A stretch of 64,000 nucleotides of DNA from Haliotis asinina (taxonomy: Eukaryota): assembly GCF_037392515.1 (NCBI RefSeq), contig NC_090280.1, positions 54,237,037 to 54,301,036 of the forward strand, read 5' to 3'. The translations under genes were made by a program, and so were the position numbers. The stretch's first letter is position 1. Each line of letters starts with the position of its first letter. This document shows positions 26,411 to 34,366 of this stretch, piece after piece. The notes beneath the pieces were generated by a model. That model was given only the letters and a program-made list of their open reading frames with translations, made no database searches and had not been told where the DNA came from.

Positions 26411-29400
26411 ACGCGTATGTGTTTATACCATTAATAGCTATCCAACGTTTCGTGTCCATAGGCGATAGGGACGTCTTGTTTATAGTCAGTCCGTATATCT
26501 TATGCCCATCACTTCTAAGTGTGTTCATTTTATGTCTAAAGGTACGGGTCTTGAACAGGGCTTCCTTGAATCTGGCGTGTTTGATGTGTTGTTTCACCAC
26601 ATACTTCTTAACCCCCTTCGCCTTCCGGATCTCACTATTGTCGGCTTTCGGTATGGAGTACATCTTAGGTCTCAAACCTATGTACTCGGCTATGGGCGTG
26701 CCAGCACACTCGTCCTTCATCTTACCTAGGACCTTTTTATTTACAGTACTGTGTATGGCATGGGTCTTAGGGTAATCGCTGGTGTCGTATAAATCGAGGT
26801 GTTTTTTCATGTCCTCGTACACGTCCTCGGTTCGAATCTCCATCAGCAGGGAATCCGTGTCAGTGTACAGCACTTCACACCTGTCGCCGTACTGTTTCTT
26901 GAGCTCGTTGTAGTAAAAGTCGTACATCAGGTGTTTGGATAAATCGAGGATGCTCATCCCCACGTAAACAGGCCGGTTAAATTTTATGTGGCTTTTCTTC
27001 ATGTGTAGGGCAACCAGGTTGTCTGTGAATATCTTACTACGGTTGAATGCCGGACTGGCTATCAATCTCCTGAGCTTGTCTTCCTCACTCGACCGAACCA
27101 GCTTCACGGTCACGCGTTTCCTCAGGTTCTCCATAGTCTTACCAAACACCGAGTTGTTCATGAGCTTGTAGAGATTTTTCTCAAAATCACTGGTGGCTTT
27201 TTTTCGTAGGTCTGTGTTCATTCTGATGTAGGGCTCCATCCATGGACTCTGGTCGAACATGAGCACCCTGTGTATTTTGGTCAGCCTCATACCCAACGAC
27301 AGGTACAGCTGTAGGTTGCGATAGTGAACGATGTACTTGGTCTTATTTATTAAGTTAGGCACGAGTTTTTCAACGTCTGTCACACGCCCACCTGACAAGT
27401 TATGTTGGTACTCAGACATCCAGTCTGGGTTAACCCTCATACGTTCGGGTGCAAGGGGATAGCTGTTGTGCGATGTGTGTAATTCCTTGGGATACTCTAA
27501 GTCAACTTCGAGGATATAACCTTTGTTCGAATCTGGTGCAACCCCCATAACATCAACGTGGGGTACCCATTCGAATCCCCCTGTAGGTAGATACTGACTC
27601 ATGGCCCAGCCGTAGAGGTTGTTTGCGTCGAGGTAGAGAATGTGATTGGTTGGTTTGTTAGGATCGTAACCTTTCACGTATTGATTATTTGCTTTCGCGT
27701 ATCGTTTGGATGCCATGGAAATCCCACCTCGCAAGCCTTTCTCAATGAATAGGTGCATGTCGTAATCTGTGAGCAATTCTAAATTAACTCCGGTCTTTTT
27801 AAGCAAGGCGTCCCACGACAGACCTGGGCTGGTGTAATACCATGCGGGGTCGAGTTTATACTGCTTTAAACATGTCTGCCGAAACGTTTCAAACACGTCG
27901 GCTAACAGCAGTACATCTGTCCTCAAGTACAGGTCGTGATAATCACCCAGGTTCTTACAACCCAGTTTATTCCATACGTTAGTCGCGTGCGAGTAATCAT
28001 CTCGTGAGACGGACGCCTCATTCAGCTTGCTATAAAAGCAGTCAATAGGGGGTAGTCTGGTCTCGGTGAACTTGGCCCAACTATCCATGTACTCATAGGG
28101 GTACACACCCTTCCTCATAAGCAGGGGTCTAGTCTCGGCGTCTGTGTATCGATCGGTGATAGGGAAGGTATTGTTGGCCTTGACCAGACTGTCGAGTGAC
28201 GACAGGAGGAACTGAAACGAGTCAATGAACCTAAGTCCGTTTAAGCTGAAGGAGATGTATCTTTCCATGTTGTTGGGGATGCACGTTATATTACCATCGA
28301 TTTTCGCGATGGCCTGCATGATCAAGTGTGAGTCGTACCCTCTCAAGTTGTGAAAGACAACGGGGATGTTTATTGTCTTAGGGTTGATTTTAAGCTTGAG
28401 GTTGCACGCGTTGTGAGCGGCGCCTCTATACTTACCAGTTATGTGGCAGTGATCTCTCACCGAATCACCGTTAAGTGGTGAGTCGCACACGTGACAGTTA
28501 GTGCTACTAGCGTGAGCTAGCCTGTCGGCTCGGGTCATACGCATGGGAGCGATTCTATACAATGCATTCCTAATAATTTTTTCTTCCTCCTGCAAACACT
28601 TTAGAAACCTTTCAGCCGCGTCAGGGCCCCTATACACTACCGGAGCTTTAGTTTCCCCGTCACAACGGACGACAATGTATCCAAAACCGCAGGCCTTATG
28701 TTCCTGGGTTTTGTGGGTGAAGCTACCACCACTGGGGGCCTCGCCGGCGGCAGCCACTAAGGCTTCGAAGTCGGCGTATATGATGTAAGGTACAGACATT
28801 TGGTTCTTGTGGTTACTGAATTTTAGGATATTTTCACCTTCCTTAGGCATGTCGACTCGTATGGCTGTCTGCCCCACACCTTGGCAATCATCCCGGTGGG
28901 ATTCTAATAAATCAGCTCGACTGAAACCGTGTAGGCATCGTACACAAAAGTGTTTTTCCCCAACGTGTTTCGACTGGTCGTGCAACAACCGGCTGAGATG
29001 TTTTATCCACGTGTAGTGATACTTTTCACCTCGCTGGATCATGAATATATTGATAACTTGGCAATCCTTCACCGTGCTGACCCTGTGTACTATTGTTGTG
29101 TTACCTTCATACCCAAAGACATTTATAGCCAGATTATTCTGTTTTTCTACTTTAGTGATCTGGGATATGGGGGTGGGTTCATCTATACCATCCCAGTTGA
29201 GCCCATCGTCTTGGGGATAGCTAGAAAGCCTATCTGAATGAGTGCCAGCTGGAAATAAGGCTGACCTGATAGCTAACCTCAGGCAATCATTTCCTCTATT
29301 CTTAACGTTTACTATGGCATGTTTGTTCCTATAGTAGGGAGGCAAGGCTAGGTATGACCCGCCTCTGAACGGCACGTAGTTAGCTATGTCTAGATAGACA

Positions 29401-30086
29401 TTATCGATTTTATCTACAGCCCACCCGGACCCCAAGTGTGTGTAGCGTTCTAGGTATTCTCGTATCTGCTGAAAACTATTATCGATTGATGCGTCAATGG
29501 TCTCTGCATGTGTGACGACCTCTTGTTGACCTCGGAAGTAAGGCTGAACATACTCAGTGGTACTCCCAACCTGCTTATCGAGCGACATTTTCACTGTGAT
29601 CTGAAACTTGATACTTCCTAGATTATTTAGTTCCTGGTTGACCTTATCAGCTATCAGAGGCTTGATATCTATAATGTCTATGTTTCTATCAACGTGCATG
29701 CGCCAACCTCTCAAATAGTTGCCTACAGCGCGCTCAGTGCTCACGAACTGTAGGTCAATAGCTCTATTCTGCCGTAATAATTCTAAAAGCTGTGGTTTTC
29801 TCATACGGGAATACCCGCCTAAACCCAAATCGTGTGCCTCGGCTTTCAGTTGTTTTACAGTGGGAGGTTTTGCTACGGGGGCATGTGATAACAATGCGGT
29901 TAACCCGGCTCTCCCCAGGTTTGAATAACCCGTGTGCCCAAGCTGTTTTGCTTGAGCTTTTAATTGTTTTACCGTAGGAGGGGCTTCTAAACCTAGTAAT
30001 CTCAACAATGCTGACTTCCGCATTCTAGAATACCCGATCACACCTCTCTGTTTTGCGACCCTCTTGAGCTCGCGCACAGTAGACAT
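26391..30086 (-). CDS. Protein-primed family-B DNA polymerase (pPolB), about 1231 aa
   Basis: Exonuclease motifs: Exo I IIYADFEALV, Exo II VFHNLRGYDSHLI, Exo III YHDLYLRTDVLLLADVF. Polymerase motifs: A YLDANNLYGWAM, B KLMNNSVFGKT, C VLYTDTDSLLM. The N-terminus has three tandem SAP-like repeats of about 35 aa. The ORF track extends to 30110 using a TTG start; the first ATG is at 30084-30086 (MSTVRELKR...). Confidence 0.9.
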   Translation of the reverse strand: MSTVRELKRVAKQRGVIGYSRMRKSALLRLLGLEAPPTVKQLKAQAKQLGHTGYSNLGRAGLTALLSHAPVAKPPTVKQLKAEAHDLGLGGYSRMRKPQLLELLRQNRAIDLQFVSTERAVGNYLRGWRMHVDRNIDIIDIKPLIADKVNQELNNLGSIKFQITVKMSLDKQVGSTTEYVQPYFRGQQEVVTHAETIDASIDNSFQQIREYLERYTHLGSGWAVDKIDNVYLDIANYVPFRGGSYLALPPYYRNKHAIVNVKNRGNDCLRLAIRSALFPAGTHSDRLSSYPQDDGLNWDGIDEPTPISQITKVEKQNNLAINVFGYEGNTTIVHRVSTVKDCQVINIFMIQRGEKYHYTWIKHLSRLLHDQSKHVGEKHFCVRCLHGFSRADLLESHRDDCQGVGQTAIRVDMPKEGENILKFSNHKNQMSVPYIIYADFEALVAAAGEAPSGGSFTHKTQEHKACGFGYIVVRCDGETKAPVVYRGPDAAERFLKCLQEEEKIIRNALYRIAPMRMTRADRLAHASSTNCHVCDSPLNGDSVRDHCHITGKYRGAAHNACNLKLKINPKTINIPVVFHNLRGYDSHLIMQAIAKIDGNITCIPNNMERYISFSLNGLRFIDSFQFLLSSLDSLVKANNTFPITDRYTDAETRPLLMRKGVYPYEYMDSWAKFTETRLPPIDCFYSKLNEASVSRDDYSHATNVWNKLGCKNLGDYHDLYLRTDVLLLADVFETFRQTCLKQYKLDPAWYYTSPGLSWDALLKKTGVNLELLTDYDMHLFIEKGLRGGISMASKRYAKANNQYVKGYDPNKPTNHILYLDANNLYGWAMSQYLPTGGFEWVPHVDVMGVAPDSNKGYILEVDLEYPKELHTSHNSYPLAPERMRVNPDWMSEYQHNLSGGRVTDVEKLVPNLINKTKYIVHYRNLQLYLSLGMRLTKIHRVLMFDQSPWMEPYIRMNTDLRKKATSDFEKNLYKLMNNSVFGKTMENLRKRVTVKLVRSSEEDKLRRLIASPAFNRSKIFTDNLVALHMKKSHIKFNRPVYVGMSILDLSKHLMYDFYYNELKKQYGDRCEVLYTDTDSLLMEIRTEDVYEDMKKHLDLYDTSDYPKTHAIHSTVNKKVLGKMKDECAGTPIAEYIGLRPKMYSIPKADNSEIRKAKGVKKYVVKQHIKHARFKEALFKTRTFRHKMNTLRSDGHKIYGLTINKTSLSPMDTKRWIAINGINTYAYGHEKI

Positions 30087-30144
30087 CGTGTTTACACCTA
30101 AGAGAACCAATGTCTAATTGGTTCACAGTAAGGGGAGGTAACTC

Positions 30145-30405
30145 TTAAGTGGCTATCTTGAGCAGTCGCCTACGTTCTTTTATGTAGCCTTTTTTATTCT
30201 CGTAGATGAGTTGATGTCTGACTACGTTCGCTCCGTGAGCTTTACATAGACAGTAGTGTCCTTTAACCCCGATACCACACACAGAACACGTGTAGTTAGG
30301 ACTTCCCATATGGAAACAACAGAACCCCTGATTCCTGCATTTCCTACCACAGGCCTCGGTCTTCCCCATAAGTATGTATTCGCATCGGTATGGAGCGGGT
30401 CTCAT
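30145..30405 (-). CDS. Small Cys/His-rich protein, 86 aa (putative zinc-binding)
   Basis: ATG start. 11 Cys and 5 His in 86 aa, with CxxC-like pairs (CSVCGIG, CLCKAHG). Tightly packed between pPolB and the next ORF. Confidence 0.4.
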   Translation of the reverse strand: MRPAPYRCEYILMGKTEACGRKCRNQGFCCFHMGSPNYTCSVCGIGVKGHYCLCKAHGANVVRHQLIYENKKGYIKERRRLLKIAT

Positions 30406-30424
30406 GTTTACTTATATAGGTATT

Positions 30425-30850
30425 TTAGTTTAATTGCTTAGCAACCAACGCAGTAGCTGCTATACCCAACACTATGAAGCCCAGTTCACGATTCATTTGT
30501 CCCTTGGATGGTGTGTAGTACTGAGCGAGTGTGGGTTTATTGAGCGGTTCCAATTGTTTACCAGTTAGTAGATAGTATTCTTTCATTGCTTCATCGACAT
30601 CGTAGAATGTTTTAATGGCATGGTTTTCACGCTTGAGCTGTTCATTAATAAAATCGATCCTCTGGAGGCGTTTTTTAACGTACTCGTCCTGTGCCTTTTG
30701 TAAGTTCTCAGTAGCGAGATCGTGCCGCTTCCTTTCTTCCTGTATTTCAGCCGCGTGATCATCTCGTAGTTTCGAGAAGAGGAAATTACTCCCGGAAAAT
30801 GCCAGGGCATTCACTAACGCCCCACCGACCATCATAGCTATCGTGGCCAT
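30425..30850 (-). CDS. Hypothetical protein, 141 aa, with N- and C-terminal hydrophobic segments and a central charged coiled-coil-like region
   Basis: ATG start. The ORF fills the gap between neighbours with 8-19 bp spacers. Confidence 0.4.
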   Translation of the reverse strand: MATIAMMVGGALVNALAFSGSNFLFSKLRDDHAAEIQEERKRHDLATENLQKAQDEYVKKRLQRIDFINEQLKRENHAIKTFYDVDEAMKEYYLLTGKQLEPLNKPTLAQYYTPSKGQMNRELGFIVLGIAATALVAKQLN

Positions 30851-30858
30851 CCCTATAT

Positions 30859-31086
30859 TTATTTCATTATATTATCAGGTATTATTCCTTGTTTTACTAG
30901 GATGTCTTTTGTGGCCATCGCCATACCAAGGTTCATTATGAGCATACCCATATCCTGCAGGTTGAAATCTAGCTTGATAGTTGGTTGTTTAAGCACCATT
31001 TTAGTCAACCGAGCGTACCCTACTGCTAGACTGGCTACCACTGTGGCGTGGTATGCGTCGTTGACGAACGTTTTCCCCTCAGACAT
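30859..31086 (-). CDS. Hypothetical small protein, 75 aa
   Basis: ATG start and tight packing. No recognisable motif. Confidence 0.25.
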   Translation of the reverse strand: MSEGKTFVNDAYHATVVASLAVGYARLTKMVLKQPTIKLDFNLQDMGMLIMNLGMAMATKDILVKQGIIPDNIMK

Positions 31087-31113
31087 TATGTATATGATAT
31101 AAAATATTTTAAA

Positions 31114-31482
31114 TTATAACATGATATGCGGGTCTACCATGGGGGATACCCCCATACCCCCACTGTTGTGGGTGGGGGATACCCCCACACCCCCACTGTT
31201 GGGGGTGGGTGGTGGCTCACTGTGGGAGGGTACCCCCACGTATAACCACGAGATGGCCAAGGCAGCAGTTACACCTACAGCCAACAACAGTCGGGTTGGA
31301 TTGGCCACTTTATGTTGGTTACACCACCGTTTTTTACCGGCAGCTACTCTCTTAGGATTCTTCTGTCTGGTTACTGTTGAAGTGGTCTCCACCGTCACTG
31401 GTTCCTGTGAACTCACTGTTGGGGGTGTGGGGGGTACCACCACTGGGGTCTCCTCCACTGGGGTTTCCTGTGCAGCATCCAT
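31114..31482 (-). CDS. Pro/Thr-rich protein with one predicted transmembrane helix, 122 aa
   Basis: ATG start. PTP-rich N-terminus, a hydrophobic stretch LLLAVGVTAALAISWLYVGV, and an internal direct repeat PPPTPNSGGVGVSP/THNSGGMGVSP encoded by a GGGGG..CCCCC-rich DNA repeat. Overlaps the 3' end of the upstream ORF by 130 nt in another frame. Confidence 0.35.
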   Translation of the reverse strand: MDAAQETPVEETPVVVPPTPPTVSSQEPVTVETTSTVTRQKNPKRVAAGKKRWCNQHKVANPTRLLLAVGVTAALAISWLYVGVPSHSEPPPTPNSGGVGVSPTHNSGGMGVSPMVDPHIML

Positions 31483-32050
31483 CTATACTATTATTATTAT
31501 TCTTTCTCTCAAATTGGCAATGTTTTGCCGTGATAATCGCCGCCGTCACTGGAGCCAACAACATACCATATTTGTGGTACAGCCCGCAGCTGATAGAGCT
31601 CACGGCGTGTTCGATAAAAGGGTCTTTCTCGAGGTCCTCCCACAGGTAAAGTCGGCGCTCTGGTGGAATGGGAAGGAAGTGTGATACAATACCGGTGTAT
31701 ATCTGGGTCATAGCCGATCCTATTGTCTTTGTCATTTCTGCTCCGAGCCGGGACTCGTATCTAGCGTATAGCTTATCGATTTCTTCGGCTGACATTTTGT
31801 GAATTTTATCCGGAGTGTAGTCTCCAAAGTAATGTTTGGCTTTGCCGCCAACAGCCAACGCCACCAGTTTCTCTCGCTTGTCATCAGTGGGGCCTGCCGT
31901 ACCCCCAGGTACCAACTGTTCAAGCAATTCCTCACACTCCATCTTATAATATAACAAGTAAGATTTAGTTTTAACTATATAATACCCGATGCAGACAAAA
32001 CACAGAGAAATGAAGGTTAAGTTGCACACGATAAATACTTCAAATATCAT
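31352..32050 (-). CDS. Candidate adenain-like (Ulp1/C5-family) cysteine protease, 232 aa; assignment tentative
   Basis: By-eye resemblance to the adenovirus protease catalytic residue context: HFL (cf. HWL), RLYLWEDLEKDPF (cf. YLFDPFGF) and SSISCGLYH (cf. SAACGLFC). The spacing is shorter than in adenain. A protease is expected next to the ATPase in Polintons. Confidence 0.3.
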   Translation of the reverse strand: MIFEVFIVCNLTFISLCFVCIGYYIVKTKSYLLYYKMECEELLEQLVPGGTAGPTDDKREKLVALAVGGKAKHYFGDYTPDKIHKMSAEEIDKLYARYESRLGAEMTKTIGSAMTQIYTGIVSHFLPIPPERRLYLWEDLEKDPFIEHAVSSISCGLYHKYGMLLAPVTAAIITAKHCQFERKNNNNSIDGCCTGNPSGGDPSGGTPHTPNSEFTGTSDGGDHFNSNQTEES

Positions 32051-32141
32051 AGCTATATGCTTAGCTTTGCTTAGCTTTGCTTAGCTTTGCTTAGCTTTAG
32101 CTTAGCTTTGCTTAGCTTTGCTTAGCTTTGCTTAGCTTTGC

Positions 32142-32764
32142 TTAGCACACTCTATATGCTACTGGTTGGTCGGTCTTTAGTACGAGCTTAGCGTGTTTAG
32201 TTTCAGCGAGCTGTTTCTTCACCCGTTCCCGTTCTAATTTACTCATCACATCGTTCTCTCTCAAACACTCCTCAAACGAATCCCTGTCCTTGCAGTGAAA
32301 TAAGGCCACCCATCGCGTCTGCTCCCTGAGGTCTTTCAACACCGAGTTGAACTTCTGCGTTAGCACCCAGACGCTGTGATTTGCATGCCGGCCGGAGAAG
32401 GCCAGGTACGATAGCATGTCTCTCTTTTTTGTTATCTCGCGATTAGCGCTGCAGTCGTCTAATATGAACAGCGTCGGTTCTCCTTTAAATTTCTCGTGAA
32501 GAGCTTTCAACCAGTCCTGCAGGCGTGTTCCAGGGTCGATTTTGTGTACGTCCGGGTCATCACCCAAGGTCGCGCGTACGTTTTATTCATGCTCAGAGTA
32601 GGGCACATGATAACGATGTTATCGAACACATCCTTGTAATAACCCTCTAACATATCCAACACGAAAACGGTCTTCCCACAGCCAGTCTGCCCGCACACTA
32701 TGGCGCAGTGTGGGTCAGTGGGTAACCCCAGGGGGGTGTGGGGTGTGGGGGGGGTACCCCCCAT
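32142..32764 (-). CDS. FtsK/HerA-superfamily (poxvirus A32-like) DNA-packaging ATPase, disrupted by a 1-nt frameshift
   Basis: Walker A CGQTGCGKT in the 85-aa ORF 32507-32764. Walker B TLFILDDC in the 141-aa ORF 32142-32567 (TTG start). The frames differ by 1 nt. Adding one T to the T4 run at 32581-32584 (A4 on the coding strand) fuses them: ...MCPTLSMNKNVRATLGDDPDVHK... Confidence 0.8.
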
Positions 32765-34020
32765 CAGTAGATGGCTTGCACGAATCTCCCATTGTCTATA
32801 TTAAGTTGCGCGTCCATAATAACGTACAGATATAATTTCAACTTACCAGCAGTTTGAGCCTTCTTAGTAATCTGGATGGTTATCCCTTCGCTGCCGTTAT
32901 CTATACGGCGCCCGCTACCGTGCAGTTTATCATCATCCGTGGATCGCATGTCCAACCATAGGGCGTACTTGGTGGTCAGGTATTCACCGATCTGCACGGA
33001 GCTTAGGTCCAGGTCCTTTGTTATATAATCCCCCACTGGTAGCTTTTTTATCTCATCCCACTGCTGGTGTGGTCTCATACCATGACTGAACAGCTGGTTG
33101 GGCACGCCCTCGATGGTCACTTCCACCTTTTCAATCTCGGGGTTGAAAAACTTCTCGCTGTCCCTCTGGAATGGCTCGTAATCCTCCACGGGGACGACCA
33201 GGATACCTTTCATCGATCTCGCCGGCACGTTCAGGTTGATATTCCACACAGTGTCGCTCTTATCTTGCACGACTGATCTATGTCTCAGTACGCGATCGTA
33301 CAGGATAGCCATCTTCCCAGAGTACTGGCTTCGAACCTGCCTGGCCAGCTCCGGGCTAGTGACCATGTCGAACTCCAGAGAGATGTTGTCTATGGCATAA
33401 CTGGCCTCATCACCGTTCGGAGTACGCACTACTTTGCTATAGTCGTTAAACGTGAGCTCGTATTCGAGCCTATCACCCAGCGCGGCCTGGTAAAACGGCG
33501 CGTGTCCCGTGAGCAACTCGAAGTCGAGCGGCACGCAGAATCGATTCCCGTATGCTAGAGCGATGGCCTTTTCACCGGCCGATAGCTTGTCTTGCTGGTC
33601 TTGCGTGAAGACATACCCTATGCGCGCCCGGGTTGATTTGCTGATACCCTGGTACACATCATTGACTCGTTCTCCATCGCTTTTCCAGAGATCCTTGTAG
33701 CAGTGAAACACGTCGCTGTCGTCGATGCTCAGCACCTCGTTACCGCTGATCTTGACGGTCGTTTTCTTGATGATAGCTCGCCCCACGTTCCGCACTAGCT
33801 CGCGTTTATCGTTGACGGAGGTCAACGTGATATTGAACGCCAGTCGAACAGTGCCTGGTACAATGAGGTCATTCTCACCAAGGTTTGGAAATCTAACCAG
33901 CAGAGTTTGATTCTGGTCTATCTTGCTGGGATTATTGGTGATGGTCACCGACTGGCGCACGGCTCTGGCACCTAATGGCTCTCTCAATTTTCTGAAAGGA
34001 TCTAATTTTCTGCCGTACAT
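32764..34020 (-). CDS. Candidate major capsid protein (double jelly-roll type expected), 418 aa
   Basis: Largest unassigned ORF, immediately upstream of the ATPase with an ATGA stop/start overlap. Size fits Polinton and virophage major capsid proteins. No motif-level proof. Confidence 0.45.
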   Translation of the reverse strand: MYGRKLDPFRKLREPLGARAVRQSVTITNNPSKIDQNQTLLVRFPNLGENDLIVPGTVRLAFNITLTSVNDKRELVRNVGRAIIKKTTVKISGNEVLSIDDSDVFHCYKDLWKSDGERVNDVYQGISKSTRARIGYVFTQDQQDKLSAGEKAIALAYGNRFCVPLDFELLTGHAPFYQAALGDRLEYELTFNDYSKVVRTPNGDEASYAIDNISLEFDMVTSPELARQVRSQYSGKMAILYDRVLRHRSVVQDKSDTVWNINLNVPARSMKGILVVPVEDYEPFQRDSEKFFNPEIEKVEVTIEGVPNQLFSHGMRPHQQWDEIKKLPVGDYITKDLDLSSVQIGEYLTTKYALWLDMRSTDDDKLHGSGRRIDNGSEGITIQITKKAQTAGKLKLYLYVIMDAQLNIDNGRFVQAIY

Positions 34021-34053
34021 TGTTATATAAAAGAAATATATTTTTAATACTAA
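34021..34053. promoter_or_regulatory. 33-bp AT-rich divergent intergenic spacer with a TATATAAAAG TATA-like box
   Basis: Lies between the minus-strand capsid ORF start (34020) and the first + strand ATG (34054). Sequence ttatataaaagaaatatatttttaatactaatg. Confidence 0.35.
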
Positions 34054-34364
34054 TGGATGAAGATATACCTATGGATGAGATGCCGGGCGCTAGTGCCCAG
34101 GCATATGATGAGCAGGAGACCTCATTTACTAGTTCACCATTGAACCAAGAACTCTTGGAAACAACGGTAAATGATTATTTCGAAAGTTTAAGAAGAGATA
34201 AAAACTACGTTGAACCACAGGGTCGATACCATAAGGATTTTTTTATTGATACAAAGGGTGTTCTACGCCTTAAGTCTGACCCAGGGGTTGACCTCTTTAA
34301 CAAGAGCAATAAAAAACCACTGGCCTTGTCAACTCTAGCCAGCCGCTATGGTGTAAAAATCTAA
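34054..34364 (+). CDS. Hypothetical acidic protein, about 103 aa (ORF track begins at 34020 with a TTG start)
   Basis: First ATG at 34054 (MDEDIPMDEMPGAS...). Starts the + strand block, divergent from the capsid gene. Confidence 0.3.
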
Positions 34365-34366
34365 AC

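Noticed and set aside
26419-29977. Several 60-118-aa + strand ORFs inside the pPolB region
   Set aside because: They are antisense to a 1231-aa ORF with complete polymerase motifs, so they are chance ORFs.
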